Assembly (NCBI GenBank): GCA_045106895.1
Contig: JBGCFM010000135.1
Location: forward strand, 1-51,141
Direction of reading: 5' to 3'
DNA: 51,141 nt
From: Polyangiales bacterium
GTDB lineage: Bacteria > Myxococcota_A > Polyangia > Polyangiales > Houyiibacteriaceae
The notes under the pieces: generated by a model
Databases searched by the model: none
The model's input: only the letters and a program-made list of their open reading frames with translations
Told to the model about the DNA's origin: nothing
Shown here: one piece after another, positions 20,607 to 30,213 of the stretch
Layout of the letters: every line of letters starts with the position of its first letter
How positions within the stretch are numbered: position 1 is the stretch's first letter
Position numbers and translations under genes: made by a program

Positions 20607-21881
20607 TCAAAGTGCCAGGGCGAAGGTCTCGAAGGGAGCTAGCAGGGAAGCCCGAAGCTCTGGCGAAACGTGGCGGGTCAGGAAAAGTGCGCGGCCCGTA
20701 GCCGAGACATCGCTGCCAGCGTGCTCCGCCGCCGCGGCGGCGCGGACAGCATCTTCTTCGCTATCAAAAGCGATCCACCAGACCACGGCGATGGCGTCGT
20801 CGCGTTGGTAGATTCGAATACGGTCACCGTGCCAGCCCTTGGCAGATTCCGTGTCGACGTCTTCGTCTCGGTTCTGAGCGAGGTAAACGCCGAGTTCAAG
20901 TTCGCCTAGGGTGTCTTCGTCGAGGATCTCAAAACCGGCTTCATCCATCGACGGAAACTCGGGCATCGCGACGTCCACCGCGAGCGCCGTTTCGACGGGA
21001 TGCATGATGGCCTCCATGGAGTCCGGCGGCGTCGTGAAGAGCGCATTGACGGCGTCCCAGCCGCCCTCGTAGTAGGCGCGCGCCACGACGCGCAGACCCA
21101 ATAGATACGGAGCGACGAGGGTCACGCGCAAGATCGCGGGCGCGTTGCTCAACTCACCCGCGGGGTCACCGTTCAGCCCATTGAGATCCACGGGCCTTCG
21201 GCCTCGTTCGAGGGCCGCCTGTCGAAGGTCTTGCCCGCGAGCAGCAGCGTCATGGAGCACCATGGTCAGCATAGCGTCGCCTTCGGCGATGCTTCGCACG
21301 ACGCCCTCGTCGTCCGAGTCGTGCTCGGCCTCGTAGATTTCTCCGAGGTGGAGCCACTGGTCTTGCAGGGCGTGAACCAGCTCATGGAGGAGCGTCAGCC
21401 GCGCCAGTGCAGCCTCCCGCGTGTTCGGGCGCCCCACCAAGATGCGAATCACGTCGTCCCGAACCACAAGTCGCGCGGAGTCCGTGTCGTAGTAGCCGAC
21501 GACCTGCTCACCGAGCACGCCTTCAAGAAGCTCTCGGACGTCGACATCAGCGGGCAAGAGACCGAGCGCCTGGTAGACGTGCGCGGCTTTTTGAACGTCC
21601 TCTTCCGTGATTTGCTCGGAAAGAGAGGCGGCGATTCGTGCGGCGCTCTCGATGTCCACGCGAACCGGCATCTTGAACTCAAGGCCCCGCACCTCTTCGG
21701 TGGCGGTGATGATTCGTGCGATGGCGGTGTGTTCGATGGCCGTGGGTCGACGCCGGCCCTCTTCTTGACGGGGCTCCGCGGGGCGCGAAGGCGCGACGTG
21801 AGTAACCTGCGCGGGACCTTGGGGCTGCGCGGCACAAGCACCCAGAGCGCACAGAGCGCTAACAAGCGCTAGGCGCTTCAC
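20607..21881 (-). CDS. Lipoprotein, putative zinc metallopeptidase (gluzincin-type)
   Basis: Lipobox LGAC; VGYYD; HELVHALQDQ with downstream EGDA; GWHGDR. Confidence 0.8.
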   Translation of the reverse strand: MKRLALVSALCALGACAAQPQGPAQVTHVAPSRPAEPRQEEGRRRPTAIEHTAIARIITATEEVRGLEFKMPVRVDIESAARIAASLSEQITEEDVQKAAHVYQALGLLPADVDVRELLEGVLGEQVVGYYDTDSARLVVRDDVIRILVGRPNTREAALARLTLLHELVHALQDQWLHLGEIYEAEHDSDDEGVVRSIAEGDAMLTMVLHDAAARGQDLRQAALERGRRPVDLNGLNGDPAGELSNAPAILRVTLVAPYLLGLRVVARAYYEGGWDAVNALFTTPPDSMEAIMHPVETALAVDVAMPEFPSMDEAGFEILDEDTLGELELGVYLAQNRDEDVDTESAKGWHGDRIRIYQRDDAIAVVWWIAFDSEEDAVRAAAAAEHAGSDVSATGRALFLTRHVSPELRASLLAPFETFALAL

Positions 21882-23536
21882 GGGACGTCCACCGCCAAGG
21901 CGACAACCAAGGGCTTTCGCCCAATACGGCGGCCGAAGAAGCGTTTCACGGCGCGCCGCGCGCAGTCTTCTGCGCTGGCGGGGTCCAGGTTCTTGTTCTT
22001 GCGAAGGTCGGAGACCAAATAGTCCACAGCTTCGTCGCAGAGCTCTCCTTCGAGGTCGGCGCGAAGGAAGCCACGCGTCTCGATCTCCGGCATCCCCACG
22101 AGGCGCCCGTCTCGAATCGAAAACGCTACGATGGCGGTTCCGAGCTCCGACGCGAGGGCGCGGTCTTTGAGCATTTGTTCATCGACCTCTTGTTTGTGCG
22201 CAATGTGCACGCGGCCCGTGGGCACCTGGCCCGTCACCTTAAGTTCGCCGTGCTGGAGCTCGAACTTGACTCCGTTTTCCGCAAGGAGGACAGAGTGCAC
22301 GCCTTCTTGTCGGGCGATGGCGCTGTGAGCACGCATCATATGATAGGTGCCGTGCACGGCGACGAAGGCTTCGGGGTCCGCCATTCGGATGAGCTCAGCC
22401 TGTTCCACCTGACAGGCGTGGCCACTGACATGTACGCCAGGATTCGACTTGCGATCGATGACCCGAACGCCACGTCGCTCCAGTGCGTCGATGAGGTCGA
22501 AGACCGACTTCTCTTGGCCAGGAATGATGCGCGAGGAAAGAACGACGGTGTCGCCTTCCTCGATGTCGAGGTAGCGGTGGTCGCCACGGGACAGCCGGCC
22601 GAGAGCCGCTGGACGTTCTCCTTGAGTGCCCGTTGCAATGACGAGGAGTTGGTCGCGCGGGATTCGTCGTGCCTGTTCAGCCGACACGATGATGTTGTCG
22701 AAGCCACGAATATGGCCGAGCTGACGCGCCACGAACGCATGGTTCTCCACGCTTCGGCCGAGGAGCAGCACCTTGCGATGGTGTTTCTTCGCTGCCTCGA
22801 AGGCTCCGCGCATCCTGTACACATTGCTCGCGAAGAGCGCGATGATGATCCGGTGTTTTGCCTCGCCGACCAGCGTATCGAGAGCCGTAGCAGCGTCGAG
22901 CTCGTTCCCCGAGCGGCCTTGGTTGTCGACGTTCGTCGAGTCGCTCATCAGCAAATCGACACCTTCTTCATCGGCCAAACGTCGCAGGCGATCGGCGTCG
23001 AAGGGCTCACCCGGCGGCGGCGTCTCTTCGATCTTGAAGTCACCGCTGTGGACGACAATTCCTGCGGCGGTGCGCAAAATTAGGCCCGTCGAACCCGGCG
23101 TCGAGTGGTTAACGCGGTAAGGCTCGACTTCAAACTCGCCCACGACAAAACTCTGGCCGCGCTCCGTGGGCCGGTATTCCGGCTGCTTCAGGTCGTTGAA
23201 CTCCCCAATTCGCCGCTTGATCAGCTCGATGGCGTAGGGGGGCGCGCAGATAGGCGGCATATCGTCGCCCAGCGCTCGCATCAGGAAAGGGATCGCGCCG
23301 ATGTGGTCTTCGTGGCCATGCGTGATCAGGAGCGCGTCCACGTGCTGTCGGCGGGTGACGATGTGATCCAAGGTCGGGTGAATTAGGTTCACGCCGAGGT
23401 GACCGCCGGGGAAGGTCACGCCGCAGTCGAGAATGACCATGGATCCCTCGATTTCGAGGGTCATGCAGTTCATTCCGACCTCGCCAAGGCCGCCGAGGGG
23501 CACGATCTCCAAGGAGGGGGAGGGGGAGCTGGCCAT
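21878..23536 (-). CDS. rnj: Ribonuclease J
   Basis: PLGGLGEVGMN, THGHEDHIGA, GDFK, SDSTN, HVSGHA; start re-called to ATG 23536. Confidence 0.96.
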   Translation of the reverse strand: MASSPSPSLEIVPLGGLGEVGMNCMTLEIEGSMVILDCGVTFPGGHLGVNLIHPTLDHIVTRRQHVDALLITHGHEDHIGAIPFLMRALGDDMPPICAPPYAIELIKRRIGEFNDLKQPEYRPTERGQSFVVGEFEVEPYRVNHSTPGSTGLILRTAAGIVVHSGDFKIEETPPPGEPFDADRLRRLADEEGVDLLMSDSTNVDNQGRSGNELDAATALDTLVGEAKHRIIIALFASNVYRMRGAFEAAKKHHRKVLLLGRSVENHAFVARQLGHIRGFDNIIVSAEQARRIPRDQLLVIATGTQGERPAALGRLSRGDHRYLDIEEGDTVVLSSRIIPGQEKSVFDLIDALERRGVRVIDRKSNPGVHVSGHACQVEQAELIRMADPEAFVAVHGTYHMMRAHSAIARQEGVHSVLLAENGVKFELQHGELKVTGQVPTGRVHIAHKQEVDEQMLKDRALASELGTAIVAFSIRDGRLVGMPEIETRGFLRADLEGELCDEAVDYLVSDLRKNKNLDPASAEDCARRAVKRFFGRRIGRKPLVVALAVDVP

Positions 23537-23637
23537 CGGCGGACCCTGGCACGCTACTGAGCGGGCGCCAAGAGCCGGTTTCGCGGTTGACCCCTCGTGG
23601 TACGCGTGGCACGCCCGGGCCTGGAATTGTCCTACGA

Positions 23638-25683
23638 ATGCGCTTCCTTCCCTCCATCGGTGTCCTCGCCTTATTAATCGCCACATCCTGGCATGCCCCC
23701 GTGCAGGCGCAGCCGCCCGCTGAGGGTGAGCTTTCGGAGCCTGGCGAACTCGATGCCAGCGCTGACGAGAGCCTGGATGAGGACACTGGGTCCCTCGAGA
23801 CTCCGGAGCTTCGTGCGCCGGAGCTAACGATGCCTGACATCGGTGACTTGCCCGACATTGAGCTTCCTCCCGAAGAGGAAGACGAGCCCGTCGTGGCGAT
23901 TCCGGTGAACGACTCGGCGGACCCCACGGCGAACCCGTGGCGACGTCCCGAGCAGACATTCACCTTCGAAGGGTACATGCGGCTGCGCGCTGTTCTCTGG
24001 AACGGCTTCGGATTGGGCCGCGACCGCGACGAGGATCCTGGCGCCTTCCGTTACTTCCGAACCCCCGACCGCAACATGGTCCCCGCGGGTGGCTGTGGCG
24101 ACAACGCCAATCCAAACGCAGACCCAAGTCCCACGGGGCCTGATTCCTGCGGCGACGAAGACCACCATCGTTTCGCGAGCATGCGTCTTCGTCTTCGGCC
24201 AACGCTCTCCCTCAGTGATGAGGTTCGCGTTCACGCGACCTTCGATGTCTTCGACAATATGGTCCTCGGTTCCACCCCAGCCGGCAACGTGTACCTGCCA
24301 CCGTCGACGGCGTCCGAACAGTTCACTCGTTCGAGTCGTGTCCCCGGCGTCTATTCCGAGATCTACAACGACACCCAGAACCCACAGTCCTCCCTCCGGA
24401 ACTCTCTTCGCGACAGCATCGTCGTGCGGCGGGCTTGGGCGGAAGTCTCCAACCGCGGAATCGGCCAGCTTCGGATCGGTCGAATGGGCTCCCACTGGGG
24501 TCTCGGTATGGTCCACAACGCCGGCAACGATATCGACGGGGACTTCTCCACGGACGTTGACCGGATCATGTTTGCGACACAGTTCTTCGGGCTCTCGGGC
24601 TTCGTTTCTTACGACTTTGCGGACCAGGGGGTCCAGCGGACTCTTGCGGAAGACGCGACTCGAAACAGCCTCCGCGGCGTTCCCTACGATGCCACGGACA
24701 GCGACGACATGCGGCAGATTAGCGCTGCTTTGGCGTGGCGTACCGAAGAGGGGGAAGCCCAGGAGCGGCTTCGGCGCGGCGAAACCGTCTTCGACATCGG
24801 CGCTCATATTACTGCACGTAGGCAGAGCTACTTTGGGCGATTGTCCAACGCCTTCGCTCCCACGGCGGACTTCGAAAATGTCGAAGACCGAAGCGATCCG
24901 AACAACACCATCACGACCTACGCCTTCGCTCGACGAGACATGCGGGTGTACACCCCCGACCTTTGGATGCGTCTCCGCACCGGCGGCCTTCGCATCGAGC
25001 TTGAAGCAGCGCTCACGGTTGGTGAGATTGGCAACTTCGAGAATGTGTTCAGTGATGAGCAGCCTTTTGAGGAAGACCCCTATCGCCTTCTTCAGTTCGC
25101 CCTTGCTCTCGAAGCGGACTACCGAGTTCCCGAGCTCGACAACAAGCTCTACATTCGCTTCGCGGGCGGTTTTGCCACAGGTGACCGAGACATCGATGGT
25201 CTGAGCTGGAACGACCAAAACACCCTCGACCAGCGTGGCGACCGCACTCTCTCGCAGTTCGCGTTTCACCCGAACTACCGAATCGACCTCATCCTCTGGC
25301 GCCACATCATGGGCCGCGTTGCCGGCGCCATGTACCTGAAGCCGGGGCTTGGCTACGACATCATTCGTAGCCCGCGCGGCCGCCTCTTTGGACTCAGCGC
25401 GGACGTGATCTACAGCCGCGCGGCGTTTGAGGCCCAGACCTATGGCTCCGACCCGAACCTGGGTCTTGAGCTCAACCTCGCGGCCTACTACCGCAGCGAA
25501 GACGGCCCCGGTTTCCTCGACGGCTTTTACGCTTCTTTCCAATACGGCGTGCTCTTTCCCTTCCAGGGACTTGGCTACCTAACCGAGAACGGCATCCCCG
25601 AAGTGCCGACGGGCAGCCCCGCCCAAAACCCCGATCTCACCAACGCTCAACACCTACGCGTGATCCTTGGAGTGCAGTACTGA
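23638..25683 (+). CDS. Myxobacterial outer-membrane beta-barrel protein, TIGR04551-like (paralog 1)
   Basis: Signal peptide, acidic linker, RRAWAEV, GRMGSHWGLG, FHPNYRIDLILWR, C-terminal ILGVQY; family name recalled, not searched; start re-called to ATG 23638. Confidence 0.75.
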   Translation: MRFLPSIGVLALLIATSWHAPVQAQPPAEGELSEPGELDASADESLDEDTGSLETPELRAPELTMPDIGDLPDIELPPEEEDEPVVAIPVNDSADPTANPWRRPEQTFTFEGYMRLRAVLWNGFGLGRDRDEDPGAFRYFRTPDRNMVPAGGCGDNANPNADPSPTGPDSCGDEDHHRFASMRLRLRPTLSLSDEVRVHATFDVFDNMVLGSTPAGNVYLPPSTASEQFTRSSRVPGVYSEIYNDTQNPQSSLRNSLRDSIVVRRAWAEVSNRGIGQLRIGRMGSHWGLGMVHNAGNDIDGDFSTDVDRIMFATQFFGLSGFVSYDFADQGVQRTLAEDATRNSLRGVPYDATDSDDMRQISAALAWRTEEGEAQERLRRGETVFDIGAHITARRQSYFGRLSNAFAPTADFENVEDRSDPNNTITTYAFARRDMRVYTPDLWMRLRTGGLRIELEAALTVGEIGNFENVFSDEQPFEEDPYRLLQFALALEADYRVPELDNKLYIRFAGGFATGDRDIDGLSWNDQNTLDQRGDRTLSQFAFHPNYRIDLILWRHIMGRVAGAMYLKPGLGYDIIRSPRGRLFGLSADVIYSRAAFEAQTYGSDPNLGLELNLAAYYRSEDGPGFLDGFYASFQYGVLFPFQGLGYLTENGIPEVPTGSPAQNPDLTNAQHLRVILGVQY

Positions 25684-27668
25684 TGCGTAAGCTAACCCTC
25701 ATGTGGCTTTGCCTTATCTTGGCAGCACCGGCCTTCGCTCAAGACGAATCGCCCGCGCCGGAAGGCGCCGAGGAGTCCGCGCCGGAGTCCGCTGAAGCCG
25801 AAGCAAGCGATGAAGCCGAGCCTGATGCAGAGGCCGAACCAAGCGCCGAAGTGGAAGCCGAGCCCGAAGCTCAGCCCGAAGCCGAGCCTCAGCTTGAGAT
25901 CGATCCTGAAGCGTTGGAGCTTCAAGTCGAACCCGATGAGGAAGAAGAAGACGACGCGGAAGTCACCGATGACGCTGTGGATCTCCTTGCTGAGAGCGAG
26001 CCGCCTTCCAGTGACCCGACCGTCGCGCTCCCCACAACGCCCCAGCCCATCTTTGGTCTGCACGGTTACTTTCGAACGCGCGGTGAGGTCTACGACAACT
26101 TTTTCTTGGGCCGTGATGGCGTCCCCAACCCCACCACCGGCTTACGCGACCTGCGTGCAGAGCCCGGCGCATTTCAGTACTTTCGTCCCGCTGACCGAGG
26201 TTTGGAACCCGCCGGAGGCTGTGGCGAAGGAACAGGATCGGTCTGTGGGACCGACCGTCTCTCGTTTGCGAACATGCGCCTTCGACTCGCACCCACCATT
26301 TCGTTGAGCGACGACGTCCAGGTGCACATGATGATCGACGCCTTTGACAACTTGGTGCTCGGCTCGACTCCAGAAGGCTCGGTCTATTTGCCTGTTGGCG
26401 CGGCTGGCGGAAGCGCCGGTCAGTTCACCAACCCTGCGCGTAGTCCTGGGGTCCCCATCGACAGCTTCGCTGCCACTCAAAACCCGTCCCAGGCCCTTCG
26501 AAACGGCGGCCGCGACAGCATCTACGTGAGGCGCGCTTGGGCTTCTGTTCGAAACCGCGACCTCGGACAGCTTCGCTTCGGTCGCATGGGTTCTCATTGG
26601 GGTCTCGGCATGCTCGCCAATGGCGGCGAGGGCATCGACGCTGACTTCTCCAGCGACGTGGACCGCGTGATGGCCGTCACCAAGCTCTTTGGTATCTACG
26701 CCATCGCCGCGTACGACTTCGCCTCTCAGGGCCAGACCAACCAGCTCACCGGCGACCTTCGTGGCGTTCCATTCGACCTCACTGGGCAAGACGATGTCCG
26801 GCAGTACGTGTTTGCTCTCGCTCGTCGCGAGGAAGAACGCACCGCAGCGGAGCGCCTTTCTAGTGGCAGCTGGGTCCTTGAGGGTGGTCTCTACTATGTC
26901 TTCCGCTCCCAGTTCCTCTCGTCGGCGGGAACCACGGACCCCTTCGCCACGAACCCCACCTTCGTGCGTCGTGACGCGCGCGCGCACATCCCCGACCTCT
27001 GGGCCCGCTTTCGTATGGGCGGCCTTCGACTTGAGCTTGAGGCCGCCGCAATCATCGGCGAAATCGGCAACATCGAGAACGACACGTTCACCGACGACCC
27101 TTACCGATTGCTTCAGTTCGGCCTCGCCTTCGAGGGTGAATACCGGATGCTCGACGATAAGCTCTCGATTCGTCTCTACACCGGTTATGCGACCGGCGAT
27201 GCGGACGTGAACGGGCTCTCCTCGCGTGATGGCCTCTTGGCGCAGCAGAGCGATAACCGCACGGTCTCGGCGTTCAACTTCCACCCGAACTACCGCGTCG
27301 ACCTTATCCTCTGGCGCAACATCATGGAGCGCGTCAGCGGCGCCTGGTACTTGCGTCCCGGCGTGAGCTACGACCTCATCAAGAGCCCCTTCGGCCGTCT
27401 TTTCGGCGCGAGCGTGGACTTCGTCTACAGCCGTGCTGCCCAAGAAGTACAGACCTACGGGTCCAACCCCAATCTGGGCTTCGAGATCGACCTCTCGCTT
27501 TACTACCGGAGTGAGGACGGCCCTGAGATCTTCGACGGTTTCTACGGCATGTTCCAATACGGCGTGCTCTTCCCCCTCGCGGGACTTGGGTACTCGCCGT
27601 CCGTGGCCAACGCGCCGGACATCAGCACCGCTCAGTCGCTTCGCCTCGTGCTCGGCGTTCAATACTAG
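25683..27668 (+). CDS. Myxobacterial outer-membrane beta-barrel protein, TIGR04551-like (paralog 2)
   Basis: Signal peptide ending AFA; collinear homology with paralog 1 (GRMGSHWGLG, FHPNYRVDLILWR, VLGVQY); TGATG coupling. Confidence 0.75.
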   Translation: MRKLTLMWLCLILAAPAFAQDESPAPEGAEESAPESAEAEASDEAEPDAEAEPSAEVEAEPEAQPEAEPQLEIDPEALELQVEPDEEEEDDAEVTDDAVDLLAESEPPSSDPTVALPTTPQPIFGLHGYFRTRGEVYDNFFLGRDGVPNPTTGLRDLRAEPGAFQYFRPADRGLEPAGGCGEGTGSVCGTDRLSFANMRLRLAPTISLSDDVQVHMMIDAFDNLVLGSTPEGSVYLPVGAAGGSAGQFTNPARSPGVPIDSFAATQNPSQALRNGGRDSIYVRRAWASVRNRDLGQLRFGRMGSHWGLGMLANGGEGIDADFSSDVDRVMAVTKLFGIYAIAAYDFASQGQTNQLTGDLRGVPFDLTGQDDVRQYVFALARREEERTAAERLSSGSWVLEGGLYYVFRSQFLSSAGTTDPFATNPTFVRRDARAHIPDLWARFRMGGLRLELEAAAIIGEIGNIENDTFTDDPYRLLQFGLAFEGEYRMLDDKLSIRLYTGYATGDADVNGLSSRDGLLAQQSDNRTVSAFNFHPNYRVDLILWRNIMERVSGAWYLRPGVSYDLIKSPFGRLFGASVDFVYSRAAQEVQTYGSNPNLGFEIDLSLYYRSEDGPEIFDGFYGMFQYGVLFPLAGLGYSPSVANAPDISTAQSLRLVLGVQY

Positions 27669-27833
27669 CGAGCGAGGTTCGCGAACTCGGGCGCTGACGA
27701 AGACGAGTGCGTCTCGCCCATGCGGATGCCCCTGGGGGTGCGCCGGCAGCCTTCGCAAACGCTAGCCGACGACGAAACTCTAGACTTTGGTGGCCGAGCC
27801 CAGCGTCACCGGGGTGTGGTAAGGGAGTCGGAC

Positions 27834-29216
27834 ATGGCGAAAGCAAAGAAAGAGAAGACGCAGTACGTTTGTTCTGCATGTGGCGCGTCGGCGCCACGCT
27901 GGATGGGCAAGTGTGGAACCTGCCAAGAGTGGAACACGCTCGAAGAGCAGGTAGGCACGACGAGCAAGAAGGCCGTCGAGCGAACCGGAGGCACGTCCGG
28001 TGGCGCCGCGCGCATCGGTGATGTGTCCACGGCGGACGCTGCGCGTTTGCCGACGGGAATCGGCGAGCTCGACCGGGCGTTAGGCGGCGGGCCCGTCGCC
28101 GGCGGGGTCGTGCTGCTCGGCGGAGACCCTGGAATCGGAAAGAGCACGCTCTTGATGCAGGCGCTCTCGGCGCTCGCTGGGCGTGGCAAGCGAGCGCTCT
28201 ACGTCAGCGGCGAAGAGTCGGCGTCTCAGATCGCTTTGCGCGCTCGTCGCCTCGGATGCGAAGGCGCGGACGACGTGCGAGTGCTCGCCACGACAGAACT
28301 CGAAGACGCGGAAACGGCCATTGGAAAAGAACGGCCCCACGTTTGCGTGGTCGACTCCGTTCAGACGCTCGGCGCAAGGCAGCTGTCCTCTTCTCCTGGG
28401 AGCGTGACGCAGATTCGAGAGGTCGCGTCGCGTCTCATCGACCTCGCCAAGCGACAAGGGATGGCGCTCTTTCTCATCGGCCACGTCACGAAGGACGGTG
28501 CCATTGCGGGCCCGAAAGTCCTGGAGCATTTGGTCGACACGGTGCTCGCCTTCGAAGGCGACCGAAGTCATGCGTTTCGACTGGTTCGCGCGACGAAAAA
28601 CCGCTTTGGGCCCGCCCAAGAAGTCGGTGTATTCGAGATGCAGCGCGAGGGCCTCATCGAGGTCCCGGACCCGAGCGCGCTCTTCCTCGCGGAGCGACCG
28701 AAAGCAACGGCGGGCTCTATCGTTGTGCCCACCGCGGAGGGCTCAAGACCGCTCCTCGTGGAGCTGCAGGCGCTGGTGGCGCCCTGCGCCTATGGATCGC
28801 CACGACGCGTCGTCACCGGTCTGGACGGGAACCGTCTCGCGATTCTGCTGGCGGTTCTCGATCGTCGAAGCCGCGTCCGAGTCCTCGACAGGGATGTCTT
28901 CGCTTCCATTACGGGAGGCGCCCGCGTCGATGAACGTGCCCTCGACTTGGCGCTGGCGGTGGCCGTGGTCTCGTCGCTCAAAGACGTCGCCGTCCCCGTG
29001 GACGTCGCGGTCTTCGGGGAGGTGGGGCTCGCCGGGGAAGTACGCGCTGTGCCGCGCCCCGGTCCTCGCGTGATGGAAGCCAAGAAGCTCGGCTTTCGCC
29101 GGCTCATCATGCCCTACGCCAATGCGCAGCAGCTGAGTGACTCAGAGCGCGAGGGCGCCGAGATCAGTGCTGTTCGAACGCTCGAAGAAGCGCTCGACGC
29201 GACGCTGGCGGTCTAG
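27834..29216 (+). CDS. radA: DNA repair protein RadA/Sms
   Basis: CSACG...CGTC zinc finger, GDPGIGKST, KNRFG, GEVGLAGE; start re-called to ATG 27834 with GGGAG upstream. Confidence 0.97.
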   Translation: MAKAKKEKTQYVCSACGASAPRWMGKCGTCQEWNTLEEQVGTTSKKAVERTGGTSGGAARIGDVSTADAARLPTGIGELDRALGGGPVAGGVVLLGGDPGIGKSTLLMQALSALAGRGKRALYVSGEESASQIALRARRLGCEGADDVRVLATTELEDAETAIGKERPHVCVVDSVQTLGARQLSSSPGSVTQIREVASRLIDLAKRQGMALFLIGHVTKDGAIAGPKVLEHLVDTVLAFEGDRSHAFRLVRATKNRFGPAQEVGVFEMQREGLIEVPDPSALFLAERPKATAGSIVVPTAEGSRPLLVELQALVAPCAYGSPRRVVTGLDGNRLAILLAVLDRRSRVRVLDRDVFASITGGARVDERALDLALAVAVVSSLKDVAVPVDVAVFGEVGLAGEVRAVPRPGPRVMEAKKLGFRRLIMPYANAQQLSDSEREGAEISAVRTLEEALDATLAV

Positions 29217-29238
29217 TACCGGCTCGACTGCCGGGGGG

Positions 29239-30141
29239 CTACTCGCTCAGACCGCGGCGGACGCGGTGCGTGCTGATCTTCTGGTCTACGCGGGCGGCTT
29301 GCTCGCTGGGGATCTTGAGGGGGTTGAAGAGCTTCAGGTAGGCGTGGTGGTTGGCGTGCATGTAGAGGCCGAAGAGGACTCGGTTCGCGAGCCAGTACAC
29401 GCCAGTGTCGAGGTTCGTTGGACGGTAGTCACCTTCGTTTCCTTCGGCGGCGTTGTGCGTGACCCAGTTGAAGTGGCTGACGTGAACGGCTCCGCAAACT
29501 AGCGCCGGGAGGAACACGACGAGGAACAGAACGGGTCCGAGGAGAACAAACCACGTGCCCACAAGCAGGAGGCCTGTTGCGCCGCTGTAGAGAGTGCGCC
29601 GTGTGTCGCGTGCACGCGTCTCCGGCGTGTCGCCCCAACGCTCGAGGTACTGATGGCGAAGGTTCTTTTCGAGCCCGTTGACCATCTTCACGAAGAAGAA
29701 GCGCCAGAACCCAGGGTTGACCGGGTGGGGGTCCAGCGTCGTGTCGTCCGTGTGCATGTGATGGTAGCGGTGCAGGATTTCCCACGATGCGAAGCGTGTG
29801 CAAACCACGGAGCCCATCAGCTCGCTCCACAGTCGATTCATCGGCCGCGGAAAGTTCTCGTGGGCCCCGTTGTGAATGAACACTCCGGCCATGACCTGGA
29901 GGTAGGCCGCGAGGAAGAAGAGCCCTACGAGCAGCGGCGCGTTTGCCATGGTGAAAGCGACGTCGAAGCCGCGCCAATCCAGCGCGAACCAAAGCGTCGC
30001 GGACAGCGCGATGGCAAGCGTCGACCAAACGAGGTCGTACTTCGTGTAGAAGTGGGGGTCTCGCAGGAAGGCGGTGCTTGGCTGTGAGAGCCACCAAGGT
30101 CGGCGGCTGGGTTTGGCTTTTGTCGCCGTCGCGGAGGTCAT
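29239..30141 (-). CDS. Membrane fatty-acid desaturase family protein
   Basis: His boxes HNGAH, HRYHH, HANHH with hydrophobic segments; start taken at ATG 30141. Confidence 0.85.
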   Translation of the reverse strand: MTSATATKAKPSRRPWWLSQPSTAFLRDPHFYTKYDLVWSTLAIALSATLWFALDWRGFDVAFTMANAPLLVGLFFLAAYLQVMAGVFIHNGAHENFPRPMNRLWSELMGSVVCTRFASWEILHRYHHMHTDDTTLDPHPVNPGFWRFFFVKMVNGLEKNLRHQYLERWGDTPETRARDTRRTLYSGATGLLLVGTWFVLLGPVLFLVVFLPALVCGAVHVSHFNWVTHNAAEGNEGDYRPTNLDTGVYWLANRVLFGLYMHANHHAYLKLFNPLKIPSEQAARVDQKISTHRVRRGLSE

Positions 30142-30213
30142 AGCCAGACGTATCACGCGAGCCGTCCCCTATCCAGGGCCCGAAACCTCATTATCCCACC
30201 ATTTCGACGCTAA

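Noticed and set aside
23824..27758. Paired 572/538 aa - strand ORFs opposite the barrel genes
   Set aside because: Antisense shadows; their mutual similarity simply mirrors the paralogy
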